Below are positions 6,056 to 11,293 of a stretch of 11,293 nt of DNA, piece by piece. Position numbers and translations under genes: made by a program. Positions within the stretch are counted from its first letter, which is position 1. Each line of letters begins with the position of its first letter. The notes under the pieces are model-generated. The model ran no database searches. It was not told the DNA's origin and saw nothing but the letters and a program-made list of their open reading frames with translations. Location: NCBI GenBank assembly GCA_029858305.1, contig JAOUFI010000074.1:1-11293 (forward strand), given 5' to 3'. The stretch is from Candidatus Thorarchaeota archaeon. GTDB lineage: Archaea > Asgardarchaeota > Thorarchaeia > Thorarchaeales > Thorarchaeaceae.

Positions 6056-7396
6056 CTACACCCGATTGATTGGATGGTTTTTCATCAATTCACGGAGAAC
6101 TACAGTGGCATAGGATCCTTTCCTCAAGCAAAATGCAACACGAAGACCTTCTTCTGTATTTGATGCCACAAGATCGTCTATAATGATTGCAGCCAGATGG
6201 AGCCCTCCTGGAGAATCGAGAGATTTCATCTTTGGACTCCGAAAATCCTTGAGTGTAATTCCTTCCTCAATCAGGAGCGATTTGAGTGCTTCTGTCTGTG
6301 AAGCAGGCGGTAGACGGGTTGCATATCCAGGTACTGGAAGCGCTAATCCGTACTCACTTCGTTCTACTTGCGCAATTCGCTCTTCAAGGGATGCCTCTGT
6401 AACATAGAGCCATGAATCTCTCCCTGAATGTGTAGTATCCAGTTCGATAAGGAAATCACCAGGTTCCGGTTCGACTATGGACATTCCTGCTTCGATACGT
6501 CGACTTAGAAGACGGTTGAATAGAAAGGATTGGTAGGCATGTACCATTAGTGTGAGTATTCGTGGTGATACTCTTTGTAGGGCGCGTTCAAATTCACCGG
6601 GATATTTGATGAGTTCATGTAGGATTTTTCGTTCGTAACTCAGATCCTTTGGGAAGGATTCAATCATCTTTTCATTTGGCGTAAAATCTTCGGTTAATCT
6701 CAATCGGATATCCCTAAGCTCCTCTGTTTCAAACGCACTTTCTGTACACAGCATTGTTCGAACGGCATTCTCAAAATCACGCTTGACAAGAAATTTTCCA
6801 GCAAGATGAGTATTCGGGCGATTAAGCCCAAACCTCTGAACTCCAAAATAATTGAGTAATGGAGTTTCTCGAACTATTTCTGCTGCTCTCAAAGCTATGT
6901 CAGGCTCTATTTCTAAATCTCTTAGAAGGATTGTGAATTTGTTTCCCCAGAGATCACCTATTTGGATAGGATGTCGTGTGTACGAATAATCGCGGATAAC
7001 AATACGGGTCAAATCTAACTCCATCAGACCAGCTATTGTGCGAGATGGTGCCGACATCAGTTGGACAGTAATTGCGCGTTTGTCCTTTAGGCCAGCATAG
7101 GTCACTAAATTTCTGGGCAGCTTCAGGGAGGATGCAAGGATTGTTGAAACATCCATGGTTGAAATTCCCATCTTCTGAACGGTGAAAGTCACGAATCGTG
7201 ACTTCTGTCCTTCTACTACTGCGTTTCTACTAGTTACTTCCTGCCATTCCTTAAAACCGATTAATCTGCCATCAGAAGCAATCTCTTCGACTAAGAAATC
7301 TTCGTACCTCGTTTTTAGCTTGCCACCAATTCCAATACTATCTGTGGAATAGAATTCCATTCCAAATGGCTTTTCAAACGGATGGCCCACCTGCAC
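6056..7396 (-). CDS. truD: tRNA pseudouridine(13) synthase; probable GTG start at 7396, as the ORF-track start overlaps pth2
   Basis: Motifs EDFLVEE, YAGLKDKRAITVQ, GDLWGNKF, NYFGVQRFG, AYQSFLFN and KGSYAT. A GAGGG SD precedes the in-frame GTG. Confidence 0.95.
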   Translation of the reverse strand: MQVGHPFEKPFGMEFYSTDSIGIGGKLKTRYEDFLVEEIASDGRLIGFKEWQEVTSRNAVVEGQKSRFVTFTVQKMGISTMDVSTILASSLKLPRNLVTYAGLKDKRAITVQLMSAPSRTIAGLMELDLTRIVIRDYSYTRHPIQIGDLWGNKFTILLRDLEIEPDIALRAAEIVRETPLLNYFGVQRFGLNRPNTHLAGKFLVKRDFENAVRTMLCTESAFETEELRDIRLRLTEDFTPNEKMIESFPKDLSYERKILHELIKYPGEFERALQRVSPRILTLMVHAYQSFLFNRLLSRRIEAGMSIVEPEPGDFLIELDTTHSGRDSWLYVTEASLEERIAQVERSEYGLALPVPGYATRLPPASQTEALKSLLIEEGITLKDFRSPKMKSLDSPGGLHLAAIIIDDLVASNTEEGLRVAFCLRKGSYATVVLRELMKNHPINRV

Positions 7397-7406
7397 GAAT
7401 ATCCCT

Positions 7407-7778
7407 CTATAATAGCTTGAGATCACCGGTGACCTTGTCCATAACTTCAGCTCTTGCAGGTCCAATACCTAGTACGGTGATAGTTCCAGGAGGCAGTTCA
7501 GTCATTCCGGCATCACGAATCAAGGCATGAGGCAATCTATGATTTATTGCCTGTCTTCTGAGTTCTAGGAGTTCCTCCTCGGAAGATACTTTGACAGCTA
7601 CCTTCTTCTGGCCTTCTCTATACCATGCCCGCCAAATTTCTTGCTGTGAAACACGGGCATTCTCTGATGCACTCAATGCACCATGTGCTACCTGCACTGC
7701 AATTTTGCCTCTACTCATCGCCAAATCTGTCCTCACAGCAATGACTTGTTTGTATTGGAATTTACTTGGAATTGACAT
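7407..7778 (-). CDS. pth2: Peptidyl-tRNA hydrolase Pth2 (start at 7778 favoured; 7790 possible)
   Basis: KQVIAVRTDL.MSRGKIAVQVAHG, GQKKVAVKV, IRDAGMTE, LGIGP and VTGDLKLL. GGAG lies before the second ATG. Confidence 0.95.
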   Translation of the reverse strand: MSIPSKFQYKQVIAVRTDLAMSRGKIAVQVAHGALSASENARVSQQEIWRAWYREGQKKVAVKVSSEEELLELRRQAINHRLPHALIRDAGMTELPPGTITVLGIGPARAEVMDKVTGDLKLL

Positions 7779-7845
7779 TAGAACTCCCATAGGTCTTCCG
7801 AGGAGAGAGTTAAAAACGTGCCCTCAGCATGATTGTTTGGGTACA

Positions 7846-9048
7846 ATGATGGATCATGATGCTATTGTCATTGGCGGTGGACCAGCGGGTCTCTTTGCAG
7901 CCACAGAGATAGCTAAGAAGGGATTTGATGTTCGTGTACTAGAAGAGCATGAGCGAGTTGGTGCACCGGACCACTGTGCAGGGCTTCTTAGTGCGTCAGG
8001 GCTTAAGCGATTAGGATTGAACTTACCAGATAAGGTCATACAGAACACAGTATCTAGTGCAAAGATTTACGCACCATCTGGACATTCTATCACGATTGAA
8101 CGGGGAAGAAGAGAGGCGCATGTCATTGATAGAAGACAGTTTGATGCATGGCTAGCAACTGAAGCAATGAACATAGGTATAGATATCACAACAAATGCAA
8201 AAGCGAGCGAGTTTGTTAGAGCAGGACCTTATAACCATAAGATCAAGATTAGGGGAAAAATCGATTCTGAACTCATGTCCCATGCATATATCATAGCGGA
8301 GGGTTCTCGATGTCGATTATCGGGAAGTATTGGGCTCCCCACGGTTGAAAAATCTAGCAAGTATCCCGCGTTTCAGTATGAAGTTTCTGGTGTCGATATC
8401 GATAATGAGATGGTAGAGATGTTCTATGGGCGCAATGTAGCCCCAGGATTCTTTGCTTGGATTATTCCACTTGGAGAAAAGAGAGCTCGAGTCGGGCTAG
8501 CTTCTCAAAACCAATCAAAGTTACGACTCGACGCATTGATGCGCCATCATAATATAATATCAAAAAGATTGGAAGGAGCAAAGATTGACCGGTCTCTCGG
8601 GGGTATTGTATTGGTTGGAATGCCAATTACAAGAATGACATGTCGAAATATCATCACCGTGGGAGATGCCGCTGGAATGGTGAAAGCCACAACTGGAGGC
8701 GGTGTGATTATAGGTGGACTAACTGCCAGACTAGCTGGCAAGATCATTGCCGAATATCTAATTCGCGAAGCAAAAACGACTGAAATCAAAAAATATGAAA
8801 AACAGTGCAAATCAATGGTTTTTGATGAACTGAGAACGATGTATTTTGCTCAGCGTGCGCTTTCCTCACTGAGTGATAAGGGACTGGATTCGATAATCAA
8901 GGATACAGCCAATCTGGGACTTTTAGATGTTGTAAAGAGCGAAGGAGACATGGACCTCCAGAGTAGGGTCATAAGGAAGCTACTGACTGACCCACGGATG
9001 GTGTTGACTGGGCTCAGAGCAATTAGGTACATCAATCCGTTTTTATGA
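7846..9048 (+). CDS. Geranylgeranyl reductase family FAD-dependent oxidoreductase (DGGGPL reductase-like); real start 7846 or 7849, not 7591
   Basis: VIGGGPAG, HCAG, IDRRQFD, APGFFAWIIP and VGDAAG..KATTGGG. The upstream extension is antisense to pth2. Confidence 0.9.
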   Translation: MMDHDAIVIGGGPAGLFAATEIAKKGFDVRVLEEHERVGAPDHCAGLLSASGLKRLGLNLPDKVIQNTVSSAKIYAPSGHSITIERGRREAHVIDRRQFDAWLATEAMNIGIDITTNAKASEFVRAGPYNHKIKIRGKIDSELMSHAYIIAEGSRCRLSGSIGLPTVEKSSKYPAFQYEVSGVDIDNEMVEMFYGRNVAPGFFAWIIPLGEKRARVGLASQNQSKLRLDALMRHHNIISKRLEGAKIDRSLGGIVLVGMPITRMTCRNIITVGDAAGMVKATTGGGVIIGGLTARLAGKIIAEYLIREAKTTEIKKYEKQCKSMVFDELRTMYFAQRALSSLSDKGLDSIIKDTANLGLLDVVKSEGDMDLQSRVIRKLLTDPRMVLTGLRAIRYINPFL

Positions 9049-9079
9049 ACAAGTGCGAGTCAGGAACATCAGGAGGCCA

Positions 9080-10450
9080 ATGTCTATGACTAACCATGAA
9101 GAGTATAGTGTGCTGGAAACTGCACGTAAGATGCTAGTACAGCACCCACTCTGTGATCGTTGTCTAGGTAGACAGTTCGCTTGGTTGGGCAGTGGGACCA
9201 CAAACGAGGACAGAGGTCATTCCATTAAGCTCACGCTGTGTATGATTGCTGATAAGGAAATAAAATCGGGGGACAAAGCATCAGGAGAACATACTTTGGC
9301 AATCCTAGCTGGCAATGGTATGTTTGCTCCGGCAAGAACTATTGCAACTAAGAACTCGATTGAGTACGTAACGAGTGATAGCTGTCATTTATGCTTCATT
9401 GATGGAAGCTCAATATTTGAAAAAATCCCACTAATTACGGAAAGAATGGTTGGCATAGCAGACCAAGTTGAGTTCGAAACTTTTCTTGCAGGATGTGTGC
9501 CTTCTCCCTTGCTTGTGGAACGTCAAGATGAGATAAGCGCAATACATTCTGCTCTGTACTCAGAAACTCTAAAGTCCCACTTCAATCGTCTTGCAGGAAT
9601 TCAACTCCAAGAACTATTGGGGAAATCTGTTGATTTTGAAAAACCTGATGTTGTATTCATCTATGACATGAATAAGGATGAGGTAGGACTTCACGTGAAT
9701 CCTATCTTCATCTTCGGAAGATACAAGAAATTGGTGCGAGGCATCCCCCAGAGCAGATGGGACTGTAAAAAGTGTAAGGGCAGAGGGTGCGAGGAATGCG
9801 AGGGGACGGGAAGAAATTACCCCGACTCTATATCTGAATATGTTGGTATTCCTGCTCAACAGTGTGCAGGAGGCTCTCGTTTTAAGTTCCATGCTGCTGG
9901 AAGAGAGGATGTAGATGTCCTCATGCTAGGCAAGGGAAGGCCGTTTGTTGTGGAAATAAGTAAACCTAGAGTACGGAAACCGGATCTCCTTGAGATGGCA
10001 CAGACTATAAACCAAGAAGCTGCAGGTAAGATTGAGGTTCATGACCTCGAACTCACTGACAGGCATCGACTCCAAAAGCTGAAGGAAGATGCTGCATCGA
10101 ATATCAAAGAGTATGCTGCAATCATTCATACAGAGGGGTTGGTGACTGACGAAGCAATTCAAAGAGTAATTCAGTCATTTCAAGGCGCTACAATAGAACA
10201 AAGGACTCCAAACCGTGTATCTCATAGAAGGAGTGATTTAGTAAGAAAGAAAAAAGTACACGGGATTAAATTGACAAAGCTAGAAGAGGGGATTCTTGAA
10301 GCATTCTTCAAGGTTCAAGGCGGCACGTACATTAAGGAGCTAATCTCAGGCGATGATGGGCGTACTAAGCCATCTGTTGCAGAAATTCTTGGTACTGCTT
10401 GTGTGTGCAAGGTGCTGAATGTTACCGCAATATATAGCAGCGAGAATTGA
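9080..10450 (+). CDS. pus10: tRNA pseudouridine(54/55) synthase Pus10 (start 9080 or 9086)
   Basis: LCDRCLGR, GRYKKLVRGIPQSRW, AAGREDVDV.MLG.GRPF, QRTPNRV and GGTYIKELISGD.GRT.PS. AGGAGG SD at 9071-9076. Confidence 0.95.
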   Translation: MSMTNHEEYSVLETARKMLVQHPLCDRCLGRQFAWLGSGTTNEDRGHSIKLTLCMIADKEIKSGDKASGEHTLAILAGNGMFAPARTIATKNSIEYVTSDSCHLCFIDGSSIFEKIPLITERMVGIADQVEFETFLAGCVPSPLLVERQDEISAIHSALYSETLKSHFNRLAGIQLQELLGKSVDFEKPDVVFIYDMNKDEVGLHVNPIFIFGRYKKLVRGIPQSRWDCKKCKGRGCEECEGTGRNYPDSISEYVGIPAQQCAGGSRFKFHAAGREDVDVLMLGKGRPFVVEISKPRVRKPDLLEMAQTINQEAAGKIEVHDLELTDRHRLQKLKEDAASNIKEYAAIIHTEGLVTDEAIQRVIQSFQGATIEQRTPNRVSHRRSDLVRKKKVHGIKLTKLEEGILEAFFKVQGGTYIKELISGDDGRTKPSVAEILGTACVCKVLNVTAIYSSEN

Positions 10451-10477
10451 AAGTACTTCTCAAAAAGAGTGACTGTT

Positions 10478-10491
10478 GCGAAATCCTTAAG
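10478..10491 (+). promoter_or_regulatory. Possible BRE/TATA promoter for rpl21e-rpoF
   Basis: GCGAAATCCTTAAG in the pus10-rpl21e spacer. Confidence 0.45.
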
Positions 10492-10576
10492 TGGTGACCC
10501 AAGAGGTCATGCTGGACTTCGAGTGTATTTCAGCTTAGGCAGAACACCGAAGAACAGCAATTCGTAGTGATGACTT

Positions 10577-10873
10577 ATGGTAAAGAAGAGTCATGGATAT
10601 CGTGCCCGAACACGTGGCCTAATGACCAAGAGAATACGTGAGAAAGGATTGAGCTCACCAAGTAAAGTATTGGTTGACTATGAAGCTGGTCAGCGCGTGG
10701 ACATCGTAATCGATTCAGGATTTCATAAGGGTATGCCTCATAGAAGGTATCAGGGGAAGACTGGTATTGTTACTGGTCTTCGCGGAAGAGCTGTTCTTGT
10801 TGATGTTGGCCTAGGCAAAGCCACAAAGAGCCTCATTGTCAGACGTGAGCATCTCCGAGTGAGCAAAGGTTGA
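10577..10873 (+). CDS. rpl21e: 50S ribosomal protein L21e
   Basis: KKSHGYRARTR, HKGMPHRRYQGKTG and VRREHLR. Confidence 0.97.
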   Translation: MVKKSHGYRARTRGLMTKRIREKGLSSPSKVLVDYEAGQRVDIVIDSGFHKGMPHRRYQGKTGIVTGLRGRAVLVDVGLGKATKSLIVRREHLRVSKG

Positions 10874-10882
10874 GGGATAATA

Positions 10883-11218
10883 ATGCCTAAGGAGATTATT
10901 AGTGAGGAGGAAATCACCCTTCCACAGGTAAAGAAAATCTTGACCCAGAGGGGAAAGGAAGGAGAACTGTCTTTTCAGCAATCTATAACCCTTGAACATG
11001 CCACAGTGTTTTCGAGAATGGCACCTGCTGTATCTATAAAGCTAGTCGAGAAACTGATTTCTAGCTATGATATCTCAAGAAGCCAGGCCGTTCAGATAGT
11101 TAATATTGCACCTACGACGATAGAAGAGCTGAAGTCGGTCTATGATACCAAAATGACAAATCTCACTGATGAAAAGCTCTTGGAGATTGTCGATTTGATT
11201 GTTAAGAACCGATCATAG
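10883..11218 (+). CDS. rpoF: DNA-directed RNA polymerase subunit F (Rpo4)
   Basis: ELSFQQ..TLEHA..F and AVQIVNIAPTT.EEL, in the usual archaeal position after rpl21e. Confidence 0.9.
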   Translation: MPKEIISEEEITLPQVKKILTQRGKEGELSFQQSITLEHATVFSRMAPAVSIKLVEKLISSYDISRSQAVQIVNIAPTTIEELKSVYDTKMTNLTDEKLLEIVDLIVKNRS

Positions 11219-11293
11219 TTGCTTCTGAAAGCATCACTATTCTTCTTTGATTGGTAATAGAACACGTAGAATTATGTCATAGTCCGATTACTT

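Noticed and set aside
7397-7845. N-terminal extensions of TruD (to 7465) and GGR (from 7591)
   Set aside because: Both overlap pth2, and family motifs and start signals point to later starts.
1833-10999. Short ORFs inside or antisense to real genes (1833, 3933, 3974, 5259, 5428, 6183, 7854, 8547, 8850, 9614, 9926, 10811)
   Set aside because: Shadow or alternate-frame ORFs of well-supported genes.

Overview
Archaeal housekeeping region, most likely Asgard (probably Thorarchaeia, inferred from free-standing eL40, eL38, Alba next to a NusA-like gene, and the type of TPR-like protein). It carries the 3' end of sucD, rpl40e (missed by the ORF track), rpl38e, a beta-CASP RNase, albA, a NusA paralogue, truD, pth2, a geranylgeranyl reductase, pus10, rpl21e and rpoF. 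The unusual part is the ~2.6 kb between rpl40e and rpl38e. It holds one intact tRNA-Val(CAC) on the minus strand with a non-canonical 58/59 BHB intron. It also holds two plus-strand tRNA-Val(CAC) 5' portions, each with a different 29-nt 37/38 intron and both breaking off at position 47, and two plus-strand 3'-end-like elements ending in ACCA. Two extra copies of the tRNA 47-53 segment and two cargo genes (a TPR-like protein and a small membrane protein) lie in between. The nested layout suggests repeated site-specific insertion or inversion at tRNA-Val, or split tRNAs; the sequence alone cannot decide. A T-loop-like hairpin motif is also shared upstream of rpl38e and rpl21e. All alignments and folds were done by eye.
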